NCBI GenBank assembly: GCA_002433595.1
Contig: DJIL01000012.1
Location: 1 to 60,173 of the forward strand
Source of the DNA: a bacterium UBP8_UBA6595
GTDB taxonomy: Bacteria; Margulisbacteria; Marinamargulisbacteria; UBA6595
DNA length: 60,173 nucleotides
Direction of reading: 5' to 3'
The translations under genes were made by a program, and so were the position numbers. Positions 38,131 through 46,324 of the stretch are shown piece after piece (position 1 is the first letter of the stretch; every line of letters begins with the position of its first letter). A model generated the notes under the pieces. It had not been told where the DNA came from and ran no database searches. It saw only the letters and a list, made by a program, of their open reading frames with translations.

Positions 38131-39429
38131 TTAAGACACGTACTGGTATTTTGGGCGAATGATACGTCGTCCAGATAATCCTTCTTCAATGTAATGGGTG
38201 CACCAGCCAGATACTCGAGCCATAGCAAACATACTGGTAAATATAGGCACGGGTATGCCTAAACACTGGTATACAAAGCCACTAAAAAAGTCCACATTTG
38301 GCGAGATAATTTTAGTGGTTTTTTTAACAGTTTGAAATAGCCGTGGGCCCTCACTCTCAATGGTTAAGTATAGTTGATAATCTGCTGACTTTTTGTATTC
38401 AATCGCCAATTGATCCGCTTTTTCTTTAATTAAAATAGCCCTAGGATCAGATAGTGTATACACGGCGTGTCCCAAGCCATAAATTTTACCGCTTTTGTCG
38501 TATGCTTTTTTTTCTAAAATTTCTTTGAGATAATCGCACACAGCAGATCGCTGATCCCAATCGTTTAGTGTGGCTTGAATATGATCAATCATGTCGCACA
38601 CTTTTTGATTGGCCGCTCCATGCAAAGGGCCTTTAAGGCTACCAATGGCTCCAGCCAATGTGGAATACAAGTCAGATGCACTAGAAGCAATAACACGTGT
38701 GGTAAATGATGAATTATTGCCCCCACCATGCTCGGCATGAATGACTAAAGTTAAATCCAAGGTTTTTTTATCTAAATCTTGAACGGGTTTGCCTTCATGC
38801 AGCATGTATAAAAATGCTTCAGCAGTTCCCATTGTGGCTGTGGGCGTTACGTACTTGGCTGATTTCCCGTTGGCATTGGATAAATAAGCGTAAGCAACAA
38901 TCATAGGGAACTTGGCGATTATACCCAAGCTTTTTTCGAGTAGATCATCCGGTTGCGATGCCAACGGGTGTTTATCCACTGTGTACAATAAGCTGACAAC
39001 GGTTTGCACGGTATTCATAACACTTGTAGAGGGGTGGTTCTGAATGACTTGAATAATAGCGGGGTCGAGCTGGCGGTTTTCAGCCATCCAGGTGACCAAG
39101 TCGGCTAATTCATCGGGTTTTGGTAATCGGCCAACCAGTAATAAAAATACAGTTTGTTCAAATTGGTAATCGGGCGATAATTGCCGCACAAGTTCGTCTA
39201 GCGATAGGCCTCGATACGTCAGGACCCCATGACAAGGCTGGACGCCATGCGCTGTTTTCTCAACGCCTTTCACAGAAGAAACGCGGGTTAGGCCTGCCAA
39301 TACACCAGTGCCGTCGGCATTGCGCAAGCCACGTTTAACACTTAATCGTGAAAACTCTGCGTCTGGAATGCCATACGTTTGAACGATATCGTCACTTAAT
39401 TGCTTAATTATGGATTGAAGTCTAGTCAT
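38131..39429 (-). CDS. gltA: citrate synthase family enzyme
   Basis: It has GPLHGAAN and GLGHAVYTLSDPR active-site contexts. I prefer the start at 39429 (MTRLQS...) because a TGGTATAAT extended -10 lies 9 nt upstream, inside the longer ORF. Confidence 0.86.
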   Translation of the reverse strand: MTRLQSIIKQLSDDIVQTYGIPDAEFSRLSVKRGLRNADGTGVLAGLTRVSSVKGVEKTAHGVQPCHGVLTYRGLSLDELVRQLSPDYQFEQTVFLLLVGRLPKPDELADLVTWMAENRQLDPAIIQVIQNHPSTSVMNTVQTVVSLLYTVDKHPLASQPDDLLEKSLGIIAKFPMIVAYAYLSNANGKSAKYVTPTATMGTAEAFLYMLHEGKPVQDLDKKTLDLTLVIHAEHGGGNNSSFTTRVIASSASDLYSTLAGAIGSLKGPLHGAANQKVCDMIDHIQATLNDWDQRSAVCDYLKEILEKKAYDKSGKIYGLGHAVYTLSDPRAILIKEKADQLAIEYKKSADYQLYLTIESEGPRLFQTVKKTTKIISPNVDFFSGFVYQCLGIPVPIFTSMFAMARVSGWCTHYIEEGLSGRRIIRPKYQYVS

Positions 39430-39451
39430 TACCGTGCCATTATACCATATA

Positions 39452-40975
39452 ATGTCCATAACTCAATTAGTTCGACCGTCACTCGACGGACTCATTCAGT
39501 GTATTAAACCGTTGGGGGTTTTAGATAGTATTGCTTCAGTATTAGGCTGGGATGAAGAAACATGGATGCCACCGAACGGTATTCATCGACGGTCCGAACA
39601 ATCCGCCGTGTTGGCCCAAATTACCCATGAGCGATGGGTTTCAGATGAATTTCGTAGGGTGCTTTCACCACACGTTGATTTGAATACAGGGGTGGTTAAC
39701 CCCGATTATACACCCATAGAGTCACGCTTGGTGGCTGAAACGTATCGCCAATGGCGAAAAAAAACCGCCATACCAACGGCATTTGCGGCACGCTGGGCAA
39801 CACTGACTTCAGAAGCCCAGCATTGCTGGCAAACCGCGCGCAATCAAAACGATTATGCGCAGTTTGCCCCCCATTTGGATAAAATAGTAACCGCTGTTCG
39901 TGAAAAAGTGCAGTATCTTGGGTATTCGGATCATCCGTACGATGCCTTGCTGGATTGTTTTGAGCCGGGTATGACCACGCAGCGATTAACGACTATATTT
40001 GACCCTCTTAAGCAGGGAATTCGCCAAAAGCTAGCGCAATGCTCAGGCGGTAATCGCCCGTATATTTCAGGGGTATTTGATACCAATAAGCAATGGGATC
40101 TGGGCGTTATGATTTTGAAAAAGATGGGGTTTGATTTTAATCGTGGACGTCAAGACCAGTCCGCACATCCGTTTACTACAACATTTGGGTTAAATGATGT
40201 GCGCATTACCACTCGATTTAGCGATACTGATATTTTAGAGGGGTTGTCAAGCACAATTCATGAAGGAGGGCATGCTCTATATGAGCAGGGGTTGGATCCT
40301 CAATGGGCGGATACCCCTTTGGGTTCGGCGTGCTCATTGGGTATTCATGAAAGTCAATCGCGGCTATGGGAAGTTATGGTCGGCCGTCACGCAGCATTTT
40401 GGCAGGGCATTCACCCCCATATGCAATCATTGTTTCCAAATAACGTGGGTAGCAGGGATCATTCAACGCTATATCGCTACGTGAATCATGTGTCGCCTGG
40501 CCCTATTCGAGTATCCGCCGATGAAGTTAGCTACAATATGCATATTCTTATTCGGTTTGAGCTAGAAAAACAAATGGTACAGGGGTCTATTGATGCGATG
40601 GCTTTGCGGGATTTATGGAATGAGTATTATTACAATGAACTGGGCGTCCGTGTTTGCGACGATCGAACGGGTATTTTACAAGATGTGCATTGGTCAGCGG
40701 GACTTATTGGGTACTTTCCAACCTATGCACTGGGAAACTTGTACAGTGTAATGCTATTTAATGCCGCAAAACAAGCCATTCCAAACTTAGAAACTAAAAT
40801 TATGGCGCTTGACTTCTTGCCATTAACGCGTTGGCTTAATCAAACGATCCATAGGTATGGGAATGTATATGCGTCGGAAACGCTTATACAAATGGCTACA
40901 GGGGAATCGCTTAGCGCAAGCCCATTTTTAAACTATCTAAGTGATAAATACCCAATTATTGATTCACCCGGATAA
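39452..40975 (+). CDS. M32 (Taq-type) metallocarboxypeptidase
   Basis: The zinc motif is IHEGGHALYE. GIHESQSRLWE and a DVHWS context are present. The start is either the ATG at 39452 or the GTG at 39434. Confidence 0.88.
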   Translation: MSITQLVRPSLDGLIQCIKPLGVLDSIASVLGWDEETWMPPNGIHRRSEQSAVLAQITHERWVSDEFRRVLSPHVDLNTGVVNPDYTPIESRLVAETYRQWRKKTAIPTAFAARWATLTSEAQHCWQTARNQNDYAQFAPHLDKIVTAVREKVQYLGYSDHPYDALLDCFEPGMTTQRLTTIFDPLKQGIRQKLAQCSGGNRPYISGVFDTNKQWDLGVMILKKMGFDFNRGRQDQSAHPFTTTFGLNDVRITTRFSDTDILEGLSSTIHEGGHALYEQGLDPQWADTPLGSACSLGIHESQSRLWEVMVGRHAAFWQGIHPHMQSLFPNNVGSRDHSTLYRYVNHVSPGPIRVSADEVSYNMHILIRFELEKQMVQGSIDAMALRDLWNEYYYNELGVRVCDDRTGILQDVHWSAGLIGYFPTYALGNLYSVMLFNAAKQAIPNLETKIMALDFLPLTRWLNQTIHRYGNVYASETLIQMATGESLSASPFLNYLSDKYPIIDSPG

Positions 40976-41774
40976 TATTTTTCATCATTCGGATGCCCCG
41001 TTTGGCAGAATAGGACGAAGAGAGATAAATATGCCTATAGATGCCACGCGTATCGGGGGGTAATGATTTGGGAACAGAGGCTCCTTCATAAAACCCTTGT
41101 TTAAGCAATCGTTCGTGAGGTGGAACGCTTGTAATAAATTCAGGATCCGTGTGTAGCCGTATGCCGTCAACAATTTCCAACGCATTTAGATTTGATACAG
41201 ATACAATGCGCAAGGTAGCAATGGGCCCGCTATTTCCAATAATTACACCAGTGTGCGAAATATAAATATCTGAATTGGGCAATTGAATAGGCGTTAAGTC
41301 TTCGCTTAGCACGCGATGTTGGCCAGATACAGTGATGAGATAGCTTGTTTTTGGCTCTTTTTTGAATCGACCATCGCGCATTAAAAACCGATTCCCGGCT
41401 ACGGATTCAACAAGAAAGTAGCCTTGGGGATTTTGAATGTACACATCATAATCGCGTTTCGATGCCACGGGCGGGCCTGGTACATGCAACGGGTATGTTT
41501 TGAGTTGGACGAGTCCATTTTCTAGCGTTGAATAAGGCTTTACCCGCTTGTATCCAGGGGTCATCTTATTTATGGAGTATAGGGTCCATACCATAACCCC
41601 TTCACCGGCCATTTTCATTGCATTTTGGTTGACCGCCAACCCTCTATCTAATACGGGTTGATTGTTGCCGGAATCGGGCACAATGGATCGGTTTCGAATG
41701 ACATCCTCTTGGGTCACGATTTGGCCAAATACCGACAAACTTAGAACTAAACCCCACAGGCATTGGTTTATCAT
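40956..41774 (-). CDS. flagellar rod family protein (FlgF/FlgG-like) with hydrophobic N-terminal extension
   Basis: YSINKMTPGYKR matches the N-terminal motif. DVYIQNPQGYFLV...FLMRDGRFKK compares with DVAIKGQGFF...YTRDGSF in FlgG, and LLKQGFYEGASV compares with QGYVETSNV. The first roughly 20 aa (MINQCLWGLVLSLSVFGQIV) resemble a signal peptide. TGGTATACT lies 7 nt upstream of the ATG. Confidence 0.68.
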   Translation of the reverse strand: MINQCLWGLVLSLSVFGQIVTQEDVIRNRSIVPDSGNNQPVLDRGLAVNQNAMKMAGEGVMVWTLYSINKMTPGYKRVKPYSTLENGLVQLKTYPLHVPGPPVASKRDYDVYIQNPQGYFLVESVAGNRFLMRDGRFKKEPKTSYLITVSGQHRVLSEDLTPIQLPNSDIYISHTGVIIGNSGPIATLRIVSVSNLNALEIVDGIRLHTDPEFITSVPPHERLLKQGFYEGASVPKSLPPDTRGIYRHIYLSSSYSAKRGIRMMKNIIRVNQ

Positions 41775-41809
41775 AATCTCAAGTATACCAAATTATTAAC
41801 GACTCAATC

Positions 41810-42652
41810 TCAAAGCGCATAGCCCATGTACACCGTATAGTGCATGGATGATTTTTTTAGCGTAGCGGTTTGCGATTCAATTGGCATCCGAACGGTTGCT
41901 GAAGGGGTATAGCGCGCAACTAGGCCAATAAATACAGAAGTGGACACTCGATACAGTCCGGCGGTTTCAAGATACCCTTGCGATTGGGTAGCTGTTGAGG
42001 ATAGGGTGGCTAATTGGGGGGGGGCCCCTGATTTCACTTCAGTGTCACCAGTGCTATCGCTATTAATCACTAGTTTTTGACGGCCATTATTTGCAAAATT
42101 CCCACGCAGGGAGTAGTGGGTCCACAAGGCACCTGCGCCATAATATAGGGAAACGGAGGGGGTTAAGTCAATGTAGCGGCGCAGGCCTATCCGCCATTGC
42201 GATAGTGTGACACGCACGGTTGGTAAAATAGGCATTGGGTTACCCATAGGTTCTGGGGGTTCTTGTTGGAAATTATTATTCAGGAGAAATGTTAAATCAG
42301 CCAATCGTTGATCAAACATGCGGGAATTTGTGTTTGGTATATCCCGAAATGAATACCCTATAGCCAAATTAATGGGTAGAAGTGGGAGGGCATAGTCCCC
42401 GTCAATAGTGACTAAAACAGAGTGGTTTATTGGGTGTTGAATTGATTGCCCCAACGTATCGTTATCTTCGTCTGAAAAAATGTAATGGTGATCTTGAAGT
42501 GCTTCAAGATCACTGCTGTTACCGGGTGAGTCGGTAATCACGTGCATACCATTTGGGTTGGACAACGGGATAGAACCTTGTAACCCTGCATGCTGAATGC
42601 CCACTTGAATATGCCCACGATCCGTTGAGAATTGGGCAGTTGTGGGCACCAT
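41810..42652 (-). CDS. beta-strand-rich hypothetical protein, possible lipoprotein/OMP
   Basis: The called ORF has no signal peptide. The in-frame upstream codons (42653-42715) encode ...IIYTIPNNLYLWLCIGSIVAC, a signal-peptide-like stretch with an IVAC lipobox, but contain no ATG, GTG or TTG. The true start is unresolved. Confidence 0.45.
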   Translation of the reverse strand: MVPTTAQFSTDRGHIQVGIQHAGLQGSIPLSNPNGMHVITDSPGNSSDLEALQDHHYIFSDEDNDTLGQSIQHPINHSVLVTIDGDYALPLLPINLAIGYSFRDIPNTNSRMFDQRLADLTFLLNNNFQQEPPEPMGNPMPILPTVRVTLSQWRIGLRRYIDLTPSVSLYYGAGALWTHYSLRGNFANNGRQKLVINSDSTGDTEVKSGAPPQLATLSSTATQSQGYLETAGLYRVSTSVFIGLVARYTPSATVRMPIESQTATLKKSSMHYTVYMGYAL

Positions 42653-42793
42653 GCATGCAACGATACTGCCAATACATAGCCATAGATATAAATTATTTGG
42701 AATAGTATATATAATATAATTAGTTAAATTAAATGAGCAATAGGTCGCCCGTCACGAGCTTTGCCTGACCGAATGATTCATGTGGTTGTCTAG

Positions 42794-44212
42794 TTATTGA
42801 TTTGTGAGATTGTGGGTCCACTCGGATAACGTTTTAGGCAAACTAAGTGGCGCAAGCACGGGTTTGTGATCGGTATTCAAGGCTGTGCCGTGCACAATCG
42901 CTTGGTGCCAGATTGATGGTTTTGCATGCCATACTAGGGTATGCAGTTGGCTCATACGCTGAATCCATTGATCCATGCGATAGGTTGGTCGGTACAAGCA
43001 AGGCACGCCATGCGCAGCGGCTTGGCGCGCAACGGCGGCTTGACGGGTGGTAATCCAGCAGTGGCGCATATGCGGGTGGGCCCATGTGTACAAGGCCATA
43101 CCGGCGGCCCATTGATCGTTAGATTCAATGTCAACGCAAACAACCCCTTCAATCCGCAACCAATTATGAATGGTATCATTGGGCGTAGGGATGGGTGTTG
43201 TACTGGGGGTTTCCAGTAGGGAGGCCACAGCTGAGGCCACACGCTGGTGGGTGAGTGGCTCAATACAGTGAGGCTGTTGGCAAGGGGCTCGATACGGGAC
43301 ACAACGATACGGGCAATGACCGGTGTCTTTAATCAGGCGATGGTGGGTATTAAATGGCCCCCAACGAAACCCTCGAATGTATTTAATGGGCGAGATGCAA
43401 ACCACTTTTCGACCGAACAATGCGGCCAAATGCACGGGGCCAGTATCGGGCCCAATGACGAGATCGGCATGATGAATCAACGCCGCTAAGTCGATTAAAT
43501 TGGTTTTCCCACATACGTTAATGGCCAAAGGGTTGGCTTGTTGGGCAATGGCTGTTGTTAAGTTTGACTCGGTTGGAGTTCCGGTTAAAATGACTTGATG
43601 TGACTGGTTTAATAGTGGGATTAACGCCGCATATTGTTCGGGGGGCCATCCGCGATTTTTGTCCCCAAACCCGGGGTGGATGACGCACCATGGTCGGTTA
43701 ATGGGGAGTGTGTACGCTTCGGCCAAACTGTCCCGAGATTGGGGTAGATCAAAATGCTTGAGTGTGTAGTCAATTTTCGACGTAAATGAACGAAGCAGCT
43801 GGCACTGAATTTGGGCCTCATGACTTAAAAACAACGGGTGTTTCAGGGTGGTTTTTTGGGTCAAGAGGGAGGTCAATATGAGGGTGTGTCCCATACCCAC
43901 GCGATGGGGGCATCGCGCTAGCCATGCCGCCCACACATAGCTGGGGTCTAAATGAGCAAAAAATATGTGGCTAAATGCGTGGTGCTTAAACAATCGGTAA
44001 GCTGCAATAAAACCAGACAGCCCGCGTACATTTGGTGCGTCTAAAACGGTGTCAATAGCACTGTGATAGCGAAGCAATGGCCCAATGCTGGGCTGTGCAA
44101 TTACAGTGAGAGTGGCATCGGGCCAGAGGGCTTTAATATTGGCAATCAGCGGGCAGCTTAATACAGCATCTCCGAGGGCATCGTTTCGAATGACGCAAAT
44201 TCGCTGGGTCAT
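42794..44212 (-). CDS. GT9 LPS heptosyltransferase-family protein with about 135 aa C-terminal extension
   Basis: The N-terminus reads ICVIRNDALGDAVLSCPLI, and GPDTGPVHLAA is present. At 472 aa it is well above the usual roughly 330 aa. Confidence 0.78.
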   Translation of the reverse strand: MTQRICVIRNDALGDAVLSCPLIANIKALWPDATLTVIAQPSIGPLLRYHSAIDTVLDAPNVRGLSGFIAAYRLFKHHAFSHIFFAHLDPSYVWAAWLARCPHRVGMGHTLILTSLLTQKTTLKHPLFLSHEAQIQCQLLRSFTSKIDYTLKHFDLPQSRDSLAEAYTLPINRPWCVIHPGFGDKNRGWPPEQYAALIPLLNQSHQVILTGTPTESNLTTAIAQQANPLAINVCGKTNLIDLAALIHHADLVIGPDTGPVHLAALFGRKVVCISPIKYIRGFRWGPFNTHHRLIKDTGHCPYRCVPYRAPCQQPHCIEPLTHQRVASAVASLLETPSTTPIPTPNDTIHNWLRIEGVVCVDIESNDQWAAGMALYTWAHPHMRHCWITTRQAAVARQAAAHGVPCLYRPTYRMDQWIQRMSQLHTLVWHAKPSIWHQAIVHGTALNTDHKPVLAPLSLPKTLSEWTHNLTNQ

Positions 44213-45504
44213 GCCCGAGCATCCCGATAGTTTTTCAGAACATCTTGGGGGGTTTTAGGGAGAGGGTATCTGAAGATTATAGGTTGAACAATTTTTTTCA
44301 CAATTCCCATATACCATTGCAAAAGCTTCCCGATCACCCGGGGTACGTTGCCATGAAGGATAGAAATGTTATGCGTCACCAATTGACGAAATAGCGCCGG
44401 CCAGTTTGATGCCGCGGTAAAGACGGGGAACCCCACTGCGTCATACGCGGTATAGTGGGAGGGGTCTCCTGGAAACGGAAAGTATAAAATACGCAAGGTT
44501 GCATACCCATGCTGGTCGCGAATGTCGGTATCGGCTACACCGGGCAATGCCTGCAAGCGTTGATAGGCATTGTACAAATACTCGCCCGTTAGGTAATTTA
44601 AATAATGGGGGTAATCACTGGGCGTTAGCCGTAATTTTGAATAGTCCGTATCCTGGCGGATAATAACTTGTCGATTCGATAATGAGCCAAATGTTCCAGG
44701 TGGGTTAATTTTTAAGGGTGAAAAGAAGACCGTTGGTTTGTTGTAGTATGATGCCAAATGTGTGGGGCCAGTGTCGGGGCCAATATACGTATCACAGTAG
44801 GCAATCCACGCCATTAACGTCTCCAATGATGTCTGATTAATAGCATTAATAATATTGGGGCCTTTTGTGGCTAAAAAAGGGGATTCTGGGTCATGCCCCA
44901 ACAAAACAATTTTAGCATTGGGCGCTTGGCGGTTCATGTAATGAATAAAGGCCTCAATGGTTGATGGTGGGAACGGAATATTGCTGCCTCCAGTTTGGGT
45001 AAATAATGCAACTTTTTGAGTGGCTGTTGGCCATGGGTTGTTTTTTGGAATGGGAAGAACGGCGGGTTTGCACACGGGGGGCAGTCCCAGCGGGATTAAT
45101 AATTTTGTATTGTGCTCGATCATGTGGGTGATTAAGTTATCCCACCGGGTGGGGACGGGATGGGTCAGGTATGAGTTTGTCCACCAAGTGTGGTTAGAAT
45201 GTCCAATACGCATGGGGATCTTGGCGGCTTTACCCAGTGCGAGTAAATGGGGGTGGTTCCATAAACAAAGGTAAATATCATAGCCTTCGTTTCGAATGGT
45301 CTGGGTTAATGATGCGCGGTTGGTTGGGGTATAGACATGGTGTGTATGAATGTCAGGGTGGTGGGCAACCAGAGCTTCTCCTGCGGGCGATACCAAATAG
45401 TCAATTTGAATTGGATAGGGCAACGCCTTCAGTTGGTCAATAATTGGCAATGAAAATAGAACATCGCCCAGGCGGTCAGCACGTTGAATTAGTAGTTTGA
45501 TCAT
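44209..45504 (-). CDS. GT9 LPS heptosyltransferase-family protein with about 120 aa C-terminal extension
   Basis: The N-terminus reads LIQRADRLGDVLFSLPII, and GPDTGPTHLAS is present. The product is 431 aa. Its stop overlaps the downstream start as ATGA. Confidence 0.78.
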   Translation of the reverse strand: MIKLLIQRADRLGDVLFSLPIIDQLKALPYPIQIDYLVSPAGEALVAHHPDIHTHHVYTPTNRASLTQTIRNEGYDIYLCLWNHPHLLALGKAAKIPMRIGHSNHTWWTNSYLTHPVPTRWDNLITHMIEHNTKLLIPLGLPPVCKPAVLPIPKNNPWPTATQKVALFTQTGGSNIPFPPSTIEAFIHYMNRQAPNAKIVLLGHDPESPFLATKGPNIINAINQTSLETLMAWIAYCDTYIGPDTGPTHLASYYNKPTVFFSPLKINPPGTFGSLSNRQVIIRQDTDYSKLRLTPSDYPHYLNYLTGEYLYNAYQRLQALPGVADTDIRDQHGYATLRILYFPFPGDPSHYTAYDAVGFPVFTAASNWPALFRQLVTHNISILHGNVPRVIGKLLQWYMGIVKKIVQPIIFRYPLPKTPQDVLKNYRDARA

Positions 45505-45513
45505 AGTGTATTA

Positions 45514-45542
45514 TTGCTAGATTTTCTAAAAAATGCTATAAA
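45514..45542 (+). promoter_or_regulatory. sigma70-type promoter for tRNA-His
   Basis: TTGCTA, a 17 nt spacer and TATAAA, ending about 21 nt before the tRNA 5' end. Confidence 0.5.
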
Positions 45543-45563
45543 AATATATGCAATTGGCATTAT

Positions 45564-45640
45564 GGTGAGCGTAGCTCAGTTGGTAGAGCCCCGGATTGTG
45601 GTTCCGGTTGTCGTGGGTTCGAGCCCCATCGTTCACCCCA
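45564..45640 (+). tRNA. tRNA-His (anticodon GTG)
   Basis: I folded the cloverleaf by hand. G-1 is encoded and pairs with C73. The acceptor stem is GTGAGCG/CGTTCAC, the D arm is GCTC-AGTTGGTA-GAGC, the anticodon arm is CCGGA-TTGTGGT-TCCGG, and the T arm is GTGGG-TTCGAGC-CCCAT. The 3' CCA is encoded. Confidence 0.93.
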
Positions 45641-45704
45641 TTGCATCGTATCGTTGCTTGGTACCCATGAGCATAGAGTTAAACGAAGAATAAGAAGAGA
45701 AGGA

Positions 45705-46322
45705 TTAGTTTGTTTTTGCAAGTACGGTTAAGCCACCTTGGACTTTATCTTTTTTAGATACAAGAACGGTTGTCGTGTCGGCTGGGATATACAAGTCGGT
45801 TCGTGAGCTAAACTTAATCATACCAAAGCGATCCCCTTGATTAACGGCTTGATTGGGCGTCAGTCGACAAACAATACGCCGGGCCAATAATCCGGCAATT
45901 TGCACAACACGAATTTGGCCATGAGCGGTGTCTATATCAATTTCCATGCGCTCATTTTTTTCATGAATGCTTGGGTCAAAGGCCGCCTTAAACAACCCGG
46001 GCTTGTGCTGGGTGGCAATAACGGTTCCGGCGCAAGGAATTCGGTTGATATGTACATTAAATACGGATAAAAAGATAACAATGTGATGATACGGTTTTCC
46101 GTTATAGTCAATTTGATTAACAGATTGAATGGTGCCGTCAGCGGGTGAAAGAAAATGGTTGGGGTTGGGGGTGATGGTACGATTGGGATCACGGAAAAAC
46201 CAGACAATCAGGGCCGTAAGCATCCAAAATGGCAAGCTAATGAGTGGAAAGGTATAGTCTAAAATACTGCTAAGTATAAACGCAGCAAGAATAAAGGGGT
46301 ATCCGTCTTTTGCAATTCCCAT
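45705..46322 (-). CDS. psd: phosphatidylserine decarboxylase family proenzyme (short type)
   Basis: The 205 aa product has an N-terminal TM pair. The C-terminal processing-site context is GDRFGMIKFSSRTD, compared with FGSR/T in the family. Confidence 0.82.
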   Translation of the reverse strand: MGIAKDGYPFILAAFILSSILDYTFPLISLPFWMLTALIVWFFRDPNRTITPNPNHFLSPADGTIQSVNQIDYNGKPYHHIVIFLSVFNVHINRIPCAGTVIATQHKPGLFKAAFDPSIHEKNERMEIDIDTAHGQIRVVQIAGLLARRIVCRLTPNQAVNQGDRFGMIKFSSRTDLYIPADTTTVLVSKKDKVQGGLTVLAKTN

Positions 46323-46324
46323 AA

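Noticed and set aside
45505-45704. tRNA-His as an integration hotspot or genomic-island boundary.
   Set aside because: There is no integrase and no repeat of the tRNA 3' end. Both flanks are ordinary genes (GT9 transferase and psd).
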